Below, one piece after another: positions 26,521-38,519 of a DNA stretch of 64,000 bases; within the stretch, counting starts at the first letter, position 1; each line of letters opens with the position of its first letter. Source of the DNA: Felis catus (Eukaryota). The position numbers were made by a program, and so were the translations under genes. The DNA is taken from assembly GCF_018350175.1 (NCBI RefSeq), contig NC_058373.1:115384001-115448000 (forward strand). The letters are read 5' to 3'. The notes under the pieces were generated by a model. The model was given only the letters and a program-made list of their open reading frames with translations. It was not told the DNA's origin and did not search any database.

Positions 26521-27882
26521 GCAAAAATATTAAAAGTGAGTAGCTGGAGCTGTGTTATGCAGAAGTTTACTAAAGAAAACCTCACATCAGTTGAGTTTGG
26601 CCTGTGAGTTTTGGCTCTGATCTCATAAAGGGGAAAGCCACTTGCTACTCCAAATCGTGGCCTTCCCATTTCTAGGCACAGTGGCTGGGGCGCTGCCCCG
26701 GCTGTTTAGAAGGGCTCCTGCCCCCTCTTCTATAGCTGGGAAAAGTAGAGAGATACGCGTGTTACCAGAAAAATGCCGATTAAGAATTTCAGATGCTGGT
26801 TACATCAGCGTGGTACAGGTGGAAGTGAAGACTGCAAAACCAATTCCATATTCTACAGACTCGAACATCTCCTCCTAGATGGAACCTTAGGCTGCCTCTG
26901 TTGTTCCCTGTATTGTCATGGAAACTTGGAAGTCAGTCAAACCTAACACAGCTTGTGGCATTGGAGTGGTCTCCCAGTGCAAAAGGGTTTGCATTCTACT
27001 CTGCTGGAGCCTGTGTGCATTTCGGACAGAAGGGATTGTTAGTCTGACACCGGCTTAATCCACCTCCGTCTCTTCTCTGGAGACGACAGTCCCCAGCCGG
27101 TAGCTTACTTTTCCACTAGGAAGGATGGGTTGTTTATATGTATTTCAAGTGCTTGTCCTACTTTACAAATGTGAGCAAAACATAAACTGCTGTGTGTTTG
27201 CTTTGGAATCATTCACTCCCCAAGGAGAGAGAGGGTGGGAGTAGCAGATGATTGCAAACTCACAATTGTCCTGGCCCCTTTTGTTTGGTTTCCGTATTAT
27301 GCAATCATATTTAGCATAATTGTTTTGTTTTTGTTGTCTTTTGGTTAGGAAGAAGGAAGGGAATGTATGTGAGGATTTTTATGAAAATACTATTTCCACC
27401 CCCCCACCCCCCCCAGAAGGAAATAGTCCAGGCTTTGTCTAGCTGGGGAGACAACTTGCCCTCCCCCGGCCCCCAACCCAATACCAAAACTTCCTTCAAC
27501 CATGGCGGCTTTTGAGCGTACAGCAGATGTCTGTGGCTCGGGGGTTCAGGTACAACAGGGTGACTCAGACTCTGAGTTTGGTCTCTGTGTTGAGAGAACT
27601 GACCCAGGCCATACGCCGGTGCTGGGCACTTGTAGCCTGAACCCCTAACTCTTGCAGAAGAGAGCAAAAAGCCAACTTTGTGACCTCAGGTAGATTGATG
27701 AACTCCTAGGCAGTCCTGCTGTTGACCAATAAGTAATGAACTGATTTCATGTCCAGTCTCAAAATGCAGAAATGATCTGCTTCTTTTTTTCCATGGTCCA
27801 GTGAGTCTTAGCTTGGCTCAACTAGGAGAAACTCCAGCAAGGATGAGTGTCTGTCCCCTCCCCCCACGCCCCCACCTCTGTA

Positions 27883-28088
27883 ACTGTGCTCGTGAATATG
27901 GTAGCCCCTAGCCACATGCGGCTATGCAAATTTAACTAAAATTAAATGCAACTAAAAATTCAGTTCCTCGGTTGCATTAGCTACATTTTAGGGCTTAATA
28001 GCCACATGTGGTTTGTGGCTACTGTGTTGGACAGCACAGATATAGAACTCGTTTGTCATTGCAGACAGTTCTGTTGGACTGTGTGGCT
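27883..28088. mobile_element. MER3-like hAT-Charlie element
   Basis: atatggtagcccctagccacatgcggctat...aaaattcagttcctc...aatagccacatgtggtttgtggctactgtgttggacagcacagatatagaac. Confidence 0.82.
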
Positions 28089-28965
28089 TTTAGCCTTGCA
28101 GAGTCCCTAGGACTAAGTCCTCTCGAGGCCCTGCAGTATCCTGTTCCCTTGCTGTATGGCCACTGTCTGCTTGCTTGTTGTCTCCACCCTAGACTGTAAG
28201 CTCACTGGGGGGTGGGACTGTGTTGGTTATGTTCTGTTTGCCATGCCTCATGCAGTGCTGGGCTCATAGTGCTGGCTTATTGAGGACAGAAGTAGATGAA
28301 TGGATGGCTCAATAAATAGTGTCTGTGGACCTAAAGTAATCCCCGCAGGCCGTGGAGGTTTGGGTGATCATATTAGGGCATAGTCATCCTATTAAAAGTC
28401 CATTTTATAGAACTCATTGCCTTTTTTTTTTTTTTTCCAAACAACCACAAATACACACAGTTCCTAAAACAGATGAAAATGAGACACCACAGACGGGGCA
28501 AGACAGTCTTTTAGCAATGGCCCCGTGCTGTCTCGGAACTTTTTTACTTAGCCTCAGGGGCCAGTAATTTCTAGATGGAACCTTTGGGGAGCCCTTGTGG
28601 AGGTGGGAAGGATCTCCGTGTGTTGGGGGTGGGTGGGGCTTCCTCTGAAGCTCTTTAACCTGTTTTCAGACAGAATGTTCCCCTAGTCATTAAGCTTGTC
28701 TCTGGCACAGCTGTCGTAGCGTCTCTGTTGGCCCAGAGCAAGCCATTTCCAAACCAAATTTATGGCTTGCAGTTCAATGCCACGGTGACGCCCACAGCTC
28801 TCCTCTCCCGTGAGCTGAGGAAGAGAGAACAGGGCAATCTCCTTGGGTTTGAAAAGGAACTTTGTCTCTTTCGATGCCTGCTTTTTAAGGTGAACACGAG
28901 CCCTGTGAGGCTCTTCTCCCAGGCAGTCCTGTCTTGTCTGGGTCTTTAGCTGGTGGCTAAAGCTA

Positions 28966-29861
28966 CCTGGATGGACACAGGACACAGGGGGCTGCAACCC
29001 ACAAAGCCGGTCTGGCACACAGTAGGTTGGTGGCTGGCACACAGTAGGCTTTTGGTAAGTGGCTTTTGACTTTGGGAATCCAGTTGTGCAGGAGGGGCGG
29101 ACCTTCTGTTTGCAGACTTGCCCTGTAATAAAGAAAGGCGGTTTTGGTGTAGTTGGAAGCACGGCTTCGAGCCAGGCCGTGGGTGTCACTTCCAACACTC
29201 ACACCCTGTGCTTAGAAGAGTTACCTGGGCTTTGGTCTCCTCATCTGTAACACTAGGTTTGTAGCTTACTCTGCCTATCACAGGCTTGTTGTAAAGATTA
29301 AATTAGCGAACACAGTGGAAGTGATACCTAATTATTAGTTCCTGTTGTTACCGATCTTCAGAGTTAAGGTCTGGCTACCAAATCCCTTTGTGACCAAGAA
29401 TGAGTTCCTGGGTTTTCCCAGGCTTTAGGAGATACAGATAGTTCTGTCCTTGTCCGATCCTGAGAAAAAAAGGGCACGTTTTTCCTTGGATCCTGCTGAT
29501 TCCCGTGGCAAATTAACCTAACCAAGTAGGTCTTAAAGGCAGGCCACACTGCAGGTAAGTAGCACGTGGGTCCACAGATGAGGCGGTGGTGATAACAGCA
29601 GAGCCATGGCCCGTGCTCTCAGACGGTCTCGGGGTCACTGGTTGGCCTGGAGAAGCCTGGATGTGAGGACACCGATCCCACCCTCGGCCCAGGTGCCGGC
29701 TGCTCACCAGGCAGAATTACAGAGCCAGGTCTGGCTGCATTTCTAGGCTGCGGACAGGTTAGGCATGGGTCTGGGAGAGCCATCCATCCAGAGGGGGGAA
29801 GAGAGATGTTTTGAGACCGGCTTTGTGGGTTGCAGCCCCCTGTGTCCTGTGTCCATCCAGG
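28966..29861. repeat. Perfect 48-bp inverted repeat (arms 28966-29013 and 29814-29861; 800-bp spacer)
   Basis: cctggatggacacaggacacagggggctgcaacccacaaagccggtct and its exact reverse complement, checked base by base. Confidence 0.97.
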
Positions 29862-31694
29862 AGCCTGTGGCCAGGGCTTCCCAAACCCGCCTCGTTCAGC
29901 TGGACCTTTGGGGTCCAAGTTTTCCATGGCGGGCGGTCGCTTTAGGCAGAGACAGTCGTAGTGGCAGACGGGCCTGGGTGGGGTAGGAGAGAAAAGACCC
30001 ACCGTTCAATCTCAGAGCCAGCTTAAGTTCTGAGGTGGAGCTGGGGCAGGAAGTTGTGGACCACCTCAGCCACCATAGAATGTGGGGTTGGCACAGAGGG
30101 GAAAGCTCAGAGCATGGGGGTGCGGGAGTGGCCCAGTGATCCCCTGGGGTTATGGCAGGAGCCTTCAAGGCCAGACCTGTCACATTACACCAGTTGCTTC
30201 TGAGGTAATAGCACGTGGGAGATGCTGCTACGGGGACACATTCACCCCTCAGGTGCCTGAGTGCCCCGGCCTTGTGCTCGATGCTGGGGATGTATTCACA
30301 GGCCAAATAGGCATTCTCCTTGTCTTTGCGGGATTCGGAGTTGGGGATTCCATTGTTAATCAACTCACACAGTTCATCCTCACAAACTGTATTCAGTGCC
30401 GGGAAGGAAAAGTGACGTGTGAGAAGTTATTCTAGGAGACCCGTGCTCATCTGTGAGAGTCAGGGAAAGCCTCCTAAAAGAGATGATGTGAGCTGAAATC
30501 TGCAGTAGGGGTGGGAGGGAAGGGAGAAGGCACGGTGTGTCCAAAGGCCTGGAAGTAGGAGCAAATGAAGCCCATTTGGGAAATGGAAAGCAGGCCAGTG
30601 TGCCTGACCAGCGGTGGGCGAGGTGAGGACGAAGCGGTAAGAGCTGAGGCCGGGGAGGAGGCCCCCAAGGTCAGATTCCGCCAGGCCTGTGAGACTGTGT
30701 GAAGGTCCTGAGGGGCAATAGGACACCACTCAAGGGCTTCAAACAGGGTGAACCTGAGGGCAGTGAGGCCAAGGATCTCATGCAGGGTTGAGGTGTGGAC
30801 GGCACTACCCCTTTCCACTATCCTGTCAGCTCAAGCGCTCTCCTCTGTGTGGCAGCCTGGGAGGCAGTGGGCTTCCTCTGGATATGGTTCTCTATATTAT
30901 TGGTTTCCCTCCCGGAGCACTAGACTCTACTATGAGATGCTATCAGGACATTTCCTTTTGGGCTTGGGCAGGATTCAGGTTGAACCCGTGTGTGTGGGAG
31001 CCCAGAGGGTCTGCAGGGAAGGCAAGTTGCACTGTCCATCCTGAGGAGGGCTGCATGGTTTCAGCCCTCAGCTGTTCGCTCCCTGTGCTGACCAGCCAGC
31101 ATTCAGGCAGGAGGTCAGGGTCGCAGGAGGAACCGGTCTCGCGTTTGGGGGCAGTGTATGCCCTAGGGGACAGGCTTGGACTCTCCTGGAATTTGGCCGG
31201 GGTGGGGTAGTTTTCCTGGTGCTCCCTTGAAGGGAGAGGTACTGCCTGCGGACTCCCTCTGCTGTTCTGGAAAAGGGTCAAACTCTCATTTATTTGCTTT
31301 GCACAAAGGGCCTGAAGATACATCGGAAACAGGGGTTGTATTCACACCCTCCCTAGATCCTATGAGTTTGGTGTGATTATTCAGTCACTCCAGTATCACC
31401 AGTGGCCAGATGTGTGCTCACGACATTGCCGTGCATTATTGTGGACTATGCATTCTGTCAACTTGTACTGATGAAGAGCCTTGAGTGGGCTTAGAGCTCT
31501 GCTCTTTAGGAGTAGATAAGAGTGGATGCAGCCCCTGCAGCCTAATCATGGGTTATTCAACAGAAGCTCACGGATTCTGTGATCCAATTACTGTTTTCCA
31601 GCTGTATCCTATACTTGCTAACAGGGATTCACTAAAAAAAGGGTTCACGGTCAGGTAAGTGGGAGATGCATCATTCTGCATGCCCCTTGACCTG

Positions 31695-32208
31695 GTTATC
31701 TATTGCTGTGTAACAAGCTACCACAAAATTTAATGGCCTAATACATCAGTTTATTATCATCCCTTACAGTTCCATGGGTTGACTGGGATCAGCTGGGTGG
31801 TTCTCACTGGGGGAGTCTCATGCGATTATTTTTATTTATTTTTATTATTTTTATGCAATCAGATGATAGTGGGGGGTGGACTCATCTAACGGCTTCTTCA
31901 CTCACATATCTCTGTGCCTGGGTTGGTTGGGCATTTCTCTCTGCACCTGGTTTTGTCACATGCTAGCTTGGGCTTCCTCATAGCATGGCAGTCTCAGGGC
32001 TCTTCGGCTTCTTATGTACTGACTGAGTTCCTTCAGAGTGAGTGTTGTGAGAGGCCTGGGAGGAAACTGTAAAGCTTCCTATGACCTTGCTCAAAAGGCC
32101 CCAAACATCATTTCCACAGCATTTTATTGGTCAAATTACTGAGGCTGGCCCAGATTCAAGGGAGGGAATTAGCTCAACAGGAAGAGTAGCACACAATTTG
32201 CTGCTATC
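31695..32208 (-). mobile_element. MaLR LTR (MLT1-like), apparently inserted in a MER103-like hAT relic (about 31595-31690 and 32209-32300)
   Basis: ttatctattgctgtgtaacaagctaccacaaaattt...agctgggtggttctc...gctggcccagattcaagggaggg. The flanks carry gtcctgaagcaaggaaacctgtttaactcagtatttccca. Confidence 0.72.
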
Positions 32209-32514
32209 ACAATGTATAAGAATATATCAAAGATGTTGAGCAGTCCTGAAGCAAGGAAACCTGTTTAACTCAGTATTTCCCAATCTGATTATTATCTTTT
32301 TAAATCAGGAAATCCTTTTCTCAGAGAAAATCACTTACCTCTGCCAGAGAACAATGGTCAGAAGTTGAAGGGTGATGGAGTTGGGTCTCAGTACTACTCT
32401 CTAATAAATGAAACTCCCCAAAGCTGGGATGCAGAGATTGCTAGTGAGTTGCTGATTTGGGGAAGTACCCAAACAGGGGTCATGTGACTACATGCAAGGA
32501 TGGAGAGGCTGAAC

Positions 32515-32705
32515 ATCCCAGTGGCGAAAGCTTTGATTTGACTTCTGACCGATCTAGGTTCAAATCCGTCACTTCTAGCTGTGTAACGTTGGACAAGTTC
32601 CCTCTTTCTGGCTTGATTTTCTTTATCTGCAAAATAAATAGTTCCTATTTCATAGGGCTGTTGTGAGGATTAATGAGATCCTGCCTGTGAATGACTTAGC
32701 ACAAG
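32515..32705 (+). mobile_element. MIR SINE
   Basis: ggttcaaatccgtcacttctagctgtgtaacgttggacaagtt...atctgcaaaat...catagggctgttgtgaggattaa. Confidence 0.78.
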
Positions 32706-32882
32706 ATGCTTTCCTTGGTTAGACTTCGTGGCGGCTGAGTTCCCTTCCACTTCTAGGGGTTAATGACTTTGGGTTTATTCTGGACCTGCGCCCCAAGGCG
32801 AGGCAGTATTGTAAGACACGGGCTCACCCCTGCTTTTCTTGCAAACGTAACCTCTGTACTCTTTCACTTTTCTCCAACCTAG

Positions 32883-33048
32883 TTCCTCATAAGTGACCGT
32901 GACCCGCAGTGCAACCTCCACTGCTCCAGGACCCAGCCCAAACCCATCTGTGCCTCCGATGGCAGGTCCTACGAGTCCATGTGTGAGTACCAGCGAGCCA
33001 AGTGCAGAGACCCGACCCTGGGTGTGGTACATCGCGGTAGATGCAAAG
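32883..33048 (+). CDS. SMOC1: SMOC1 internal coding exon (exon 2 by human numbering), Kazal/follistatin-like domain; 166 bp, phase 0 to 1
   Basis: Polypyrimidine tract with AG at 32881-32882 and GT donor at 33049 (AAG/gtgagt). Translates FLISDRDPQCNLHCSRTQPKPICASDGRSYESMCEYQRAKCRDPTLGVVHRGRCK, which has the Kazal cysteine pattern and is recognised as SMOC1. Confidence 0.97.
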
Positions 33049-33369
33049 GTGAGTATGGGCACATTCGCCCAGCTGCAACGAGGCTCCCGGGCCGCGTGGC
33101 TCCCTTCGTGCTGTGCTTGAAGTTTCATGGGAAACTCAGAATGCGTCTGTTCATTTTGTTTGCCACTAACCCTCCGCCCTCCCACCAGGGAACATGGGAA
33201 GGAGAACTGGCCTACCTGAAGGAATGAGTACTTTTCTGTCCTTCCAACACTGCCACCAGGCTAGGGCTTAGAGAGACGTGCTGCTATCTGGCTGGTGCCC
33301 TTTATTTGTATTTTTCGTTTTTGTAAATGGAGATGCTTAAAATGGCAAGACGTTATTGTTGGCTCCTGA

Positions 33370-33740
33370 ATAGGGATTCCAAATGGCTGGCCAACAGATG
33401 GGTTTTGTTTGGGCTGCTCGCGTGTTTAAAAATATTAAAAACATTTGAGACAACATTTCAAAATTGGGAGATTCAACATAAAAATCTGGATTTTGGTACT
33501 TCTCATAAATAATTGGAAGCCCTGGTAATGTTAGGTCTGTGTTCCCTCCCACAGGGAAACACATGGCTAGATCTGAGTAGCAGCTTCCTCCTCTAAAGGG
33601 GAGCCCGTTCTCCACTTTGCCGCAGTCCCCAGCACTCCCTGTGGTGTCTCCAGGCTGAGTGCCGTTCTTTGCACACCCAGTTCAGTCCCCTAATTTGTAT
33701 CACTTTCCTAGGCCCCGTGGAGATTGGAGTTTGTGATTTA
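33370..33740. mobile_element. MER102-like hAT relic in intron 2
   Basis: caacatttcaaaattgggagattcaacataaaaatctggatttt...ggaagccctggtaatgttagg resembles the recalled MER102. Confidence 0.55.
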
Positions 33741-34207
33741 ATCAGCTCTGGGCTGCTTCGAGCTGTTGTCGGAAATGGCATAAGACTGAGCAGGCTGCCC
33801 TAGAGCTTTTGGTGTTCCAAAGAAAGTGCTTGCAATTCTTAAAGCATAAAACATCTTTGAGACCCCTTGGGCTTGCAAGTTTTTTAATACGCCCAGTGAA
33901 AAAAATTTTCCCCTGGTTGGGGGTGGGTGTGGCTGAAGGTACTTGGGAGAAAAAAATAAGCAGAATTGGGTATAAATACGCCTCCCTGGCTTTTCTAAGG
34001 TCAACATTAAGGGGACGATGAGGCCGAGCAGCACTTATTAGCCACTGCCTTTGTGTTGTTAGAAAATCCAGTCGGTGGTATTGTGGGCTCACCCACAGGC
34101 AGAGAGGTTTTCTCTCAGCATTCCTAGTACTGGGCAGCCATTTTGTCCCATGGCTCCAGTGCGGATCCGGGTGAAATATGAAATGTGCTCCTCCTCTCCT
34201 CTTATAG

Positions 34208-34320
34208 ACGCTGGCCAGAGCAAGTGTCGCCTGGAGCGAGCGCAGGCCCTAGAGCAAGCCAAGAAGCCCCAGGAGGCGGTGTTTGTCCCGGAGTGCAGCG
34301 AGGATGGCTCTTTTACCCAG
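34208..34320 (+). CDS. SMOC1: SMOC1 exon 3, N-terminal half of thyroglobulin type-1 domain 1; 113 bp, phase 1 to 0
   Basis: Acceptor ctcctcttatag ends at 34207 and donor CAG/gtgaag starts at 34321. Frame is continuous with the previous exon (G+AC = Asp): DAGQSKCRLERAQALEQAKKPQEAVFVPECSEDGSFTQ. Confidence 0.97.
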
Positions 34321-35342
34321 GTGAAGCCTTGGCCAAGTCTCTCAGCCCGATTTCCTGGACTGAGGCCAAGGGGAGGCGCTTGAGAGTGGGAGGGCCCCTC
34401 AGAGCCTTTGCTTTCTGGGAAACAGCTGAGGGCTCTTTGACACCTTCTGGTACTACCTTCTGGTGCCTGCATTCCCCCTCCTGGGCTCTCCATGCCACCC
34501 TTTGCCAGCTGGCAGTGGGTCCTGAAAAAGGGGCATGGAAGTCTGAGCCAGGAAACTGGTATTGCTTGGTCCCCATGCTCCCTGCTGGCTGTCTCCATTT
34601 TTCTCTTCTGTCAAATGCTGAGTGATTATTTTTCTTATCCCAGCCAGTTTCCATGGGCAACCCCTGGTAATCCCATCACTGTTTATTTCTACCCCTTCTG
34701 CACTCCCCTTCTTCCTACCCCCAGTCCTTGAACGAAGCAGTGCTCCCTCTGAGTACACATTGTCCCACGATTCTTGGTGTGAGTGCGAGCGTGTGCACGC
34801 GTGTGTGTGCGCATGCACGCACCCAGATTTTAACATTTCTTTTCAGGCAGTCCCACCTCTCATCCTGCATTGTCTTCTGGCTACTGCTTTGTGTAATAGT
34901 GACGTTGGCACAACTATTTCTAAAACAGGCAGCATGGGGACAATAGGATGCCCCTTTACAAAGCTTTGAGGCTAGATGGGGGATGTCGTCTGGGGGGGTG
35001 GGAGGCAGCTGGATGAAGGTGTTGTCAGGGTGAAAGTAGGGAAGTTCGCTGGAAAAGGGTGAGTCAGCCACATGGTTGGGGTGATCGTGGTGCCTGCTTC
35101 TCCCTTTGTGGAATAGGGCCCCATTTGGGGGAGTCCCGCTACCTTAGGGCTGGAAGCAGAGGCTTCAGAGGTTTCAAAGCTTCTCTGTAATTCTGAATCA
35201 AGGGGGCAAAGGGTGTAGCCTGGCCTTTGGTTTCATGGGTTTCGTGTTTCTTTTCAGGGCTGGGCCTGGGGCTTGCTGATTTCAGACTGACTCTTGTTGG
35301 GAAGTGTGGACGGGTGTTGGGGAAGGGTTTGGGCATCATATT

Positions 35343-35534
35343 TTTTAAGTTTATTTATTTAGAAAGTGTGCACGTGAGCAGGGGAGGGACATAGAAAGAG
35401 GGAGAGAGAGGATCGCAAGCAGGCTCCTAGCTATCAGCGCAGACGTGGGGCTTGAACTCACAAAACGTGAGATCATGACCTGGGCAGAAACCAAGAGTCC
35501 GACACTTAACTGACTGAGCCACCCCACGCGCCCC
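35343..35534 (-). mobile_element. CAN-SINE
   Basis: Flanked by ggcatcatattt / ggcatcgtattt TSD; typical reverse-complement architecture. Confidence 0.9.
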
Positions 35535-38519
35535 TAGGCATCGTATTTCTTAAAGTTCATAGCCAGTTCACACATTTGGCCAGGATTGAGAGCTGCTAGA
35601 TTACACCGACCTTGGCTGCCGACGCTGTGAGAGGCGCCCTTGTTCATTTTCTCACGTAAGCCTCACCGCAGGCCTGTGAGGTGGGTGTTGGTGTCCCCAT
35701 TTATAGGGACAAGGAGTGGCAGAGCCGGGATTCACACTCAGACCCCGCTAGCGCCCATGTCCTCCTGCTCCTCCGTGTTCTGGGGCCCTCTAAACTGGCA
35801 GCTGCCAGGGAGACTGAGGTGGGGAGTGCAGGGAGGTGGCCTCATGCTGTGGTTCGAGTGTGGGCCCTGGAGCCACAACCCCCGGGTGTGATGCCCAGCC
35901 ACCCACCTCAGGCGAGTCACTGAGCATCTCTGGGCCTCAGTGTCCTTCTGTGAGCAACGGGGATTATGATCTCCGTTATTATCCTATATAACCATAATAA
36001 TTACACTGTACATATCATTACATGTTACTACGGTGACTACCATTCTTAACGAGAGTCGCTATAGCTTCCCTCATAGGGCCGGGGTGAGGGCTAAATATGT
36101 TATCATGTGCACGACACTGGGAACACACAAATGCTATTTAAGCATCTTGCACATTCGTCATCATTACTCCCATATCTACTCTGGTTCTACTCACGCCTCC
36201 CCGAGGTGTTACGGGTGACGTCACTTAAGGAACATGAAGCCTTTGTTGAGCCTCCCCCCATCAGTGTTTTATTTTGTTATGTCTTCTGGTGAAAAGAACG
36301 CAGGTGACGTTTGCGTACGTATTTGAAACTGCACTGCTGGGAATTCACGTGCAGGGGAGATCATCAGACCTCCCTCTACCACTGTGGGGCCGGGATGGGG
36401 GTAGAGGTCATAGGGAGGAGGCGGAGTGGTTGGCCGTCATTTCCCCCTTTCTCTAGGATTGTGTAATCACCAGTGTGTTGCTTATGAGAAGGTTGACCCC
36501 TGCCCTCCTGGTTCTGAAGTGTCCTCTGCCTCGCGACACACAGCTGCTGGCCAGCTTTTCTTTTGGCGAGGCCAGGGCAGGCCAGGTGGTGTTTGCCGGA
36601 AAGGAACTTCCAGATTAGTCGGGGCAGAATTGCTTAAAGAGAGGGCCTCTGAAGTTCAGCAGAGGTTGGATAGACAGTCGAGAACCCCTTCATTTGTTTG
36701 ACACGCTAAGCACTGCCATGTGTCTCCAGGCTCGAGGCTGGCTCGCCCCGGTGGGCAGCCGGGCAGCCAGACAGCCGGCCCGCCGGCCCGTCCTCGTTAC
36801 AGTGATTGAAATGGATGTGCTCTTTCCCTTGATCAAAGACGCTGCGACAACTTCACAAAATGAGGCTGCCTCTTTGAGAGTGCTTCAGTCCCAACGACAG
36901 GCTGCCCAAGGGCTGCGAGACAAAATGCTTTCTCCCTCCCCCAGCCTCTACTGTCACTTAGCTGGACTTTTGTCTTGTTTTGTTTGGTTAAGACCCAAAT
37001 CCAGCGACCAGCTGTGCTGCTTTAGTATTCCTTAGAATATTGATATGCGCGCATCATGATGTTATTACCGTATCTTGGCCCTGTGAATTGTAACGCAGTA
37101 TCACGCTCTTGAGGTTTATGGAGGGAGCAAGGGGACCCTAACGGAACTGGATTTGTTTGGCATGGGACACAGCTTGGGACCACATGAGTTGGTTGGTTTT
37201 AATGGGGTTCATGTGGGACGCAGAGGTCTCTGTTCTCTTCCTTGTTTTCCCTGTCCTCTTTGTGTGCCCCCCAGCCCCCACCCCAATTTAACACAGCAGG
37301 GTGGTGCACATTAGGTCACATGTGCCTTTTAAAAACCTTGATACCGAGTCTGCCCCCCAAATGCTAGGAGTGGGACCCCAAACATTTTAAGCTCCCCAGG
37401 TGATGATAGTGTTTGGTCAAGGTTTTGAATGACCTGCTGTTGGAGGGACTTCATCACTCTTGTTCTTGATTGCATCATCGGAATGTGGAGTTAAGGCTCT
37501 CTGGTGACCTGCTGAGTAAGGCTGGGAGTTAAGTGCTTTGTCCTTTCCTGCAGCCTTATCTGTTTTCTCTTCTGGGCGTCAGGAACGAAATTCCCGACAT
37601 CTGTTCTGCCAAGTCCTCTGCCAAGCAGTTGTCTGATGCCCAAACTGATGAACTGAAAGCCCGGCCCGTAGTGGAAGGGGATTGGATTAGCACCACCAGG
37701 AAATGTTGGCTGGAGTTTGTCAGGCTTGTGCATCACTGAGTAATAATGATCTACTCTACTGAGTGTTACTTGGTGCTAGGCACTGGGTTTTACACCCATT
37801 AATCTTCACTGGAACCCTTTGAGGTAGTTACTAATACCCTTATTTATAAAAGAAAACTAAATTTCAAAGAGGTTGAATAACTGGTTCAAGGTCACTGCAC
37901 TAGAAAGGATTTGTACCCAGGGCTACCTAATTTCAAGGCCTGTGCTTTTGACTTTTTTATGCTATAAAAGTGGCCTTGATGCGTATGTAATTCATTTTCA
38001 TCACCATTGTTATTCCAGAAGTCCCCACTGTGATGCTGGTGATCAATCGATAATGGGGGGAAAAAGGAAGAAAGAAAGAAAGAAAGGGAAAAAGAAAAAG
38101 AGGAAAGAAAAAAGAAAAAATCCTTTTGGTTATAGAAATCTTCAAATATACAAAAAAGAAATAATAGTATAATGAACTCCATGTATCTGTCACCCAGCTT
38201 CAACAATAATTAACATGTGGCCGATTCTGTTTCATTTCTGCCTCGTTTTCATCTCACATCCCAAACTGGATTGCTTCAAAGCACATCCCAGACATGGTGT
38301 TTTTTCATCTCAAACATCTTGGAGTTCCTCTGTGTTGTGCACCGTGTGCTGGTTGGCATGGAGGGTTTAAGAAATGTCACGACTTGTGCCTTCAAGGAGC
38401 TTATGTGCAGAAAAGATACAAGAACCAATAATAAAGTAGCTAGTATACAAGGCCATACATGTACAACTGGTTATATTTCAAACGCCCATTTACAAGTCAG
38501 TAATTTGGAATTCTGAGCA

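Noticed and set aside
28966..29861. 48-bp inverted repeat read as the TIRs of a young DNA transposon or MITE
   Set aside because: No TSD outside the arms, the spacer looks like ordinary intron with a MIR-like piece, and the junction pattern fits templated insertion better. Kept as a finding under that reading.
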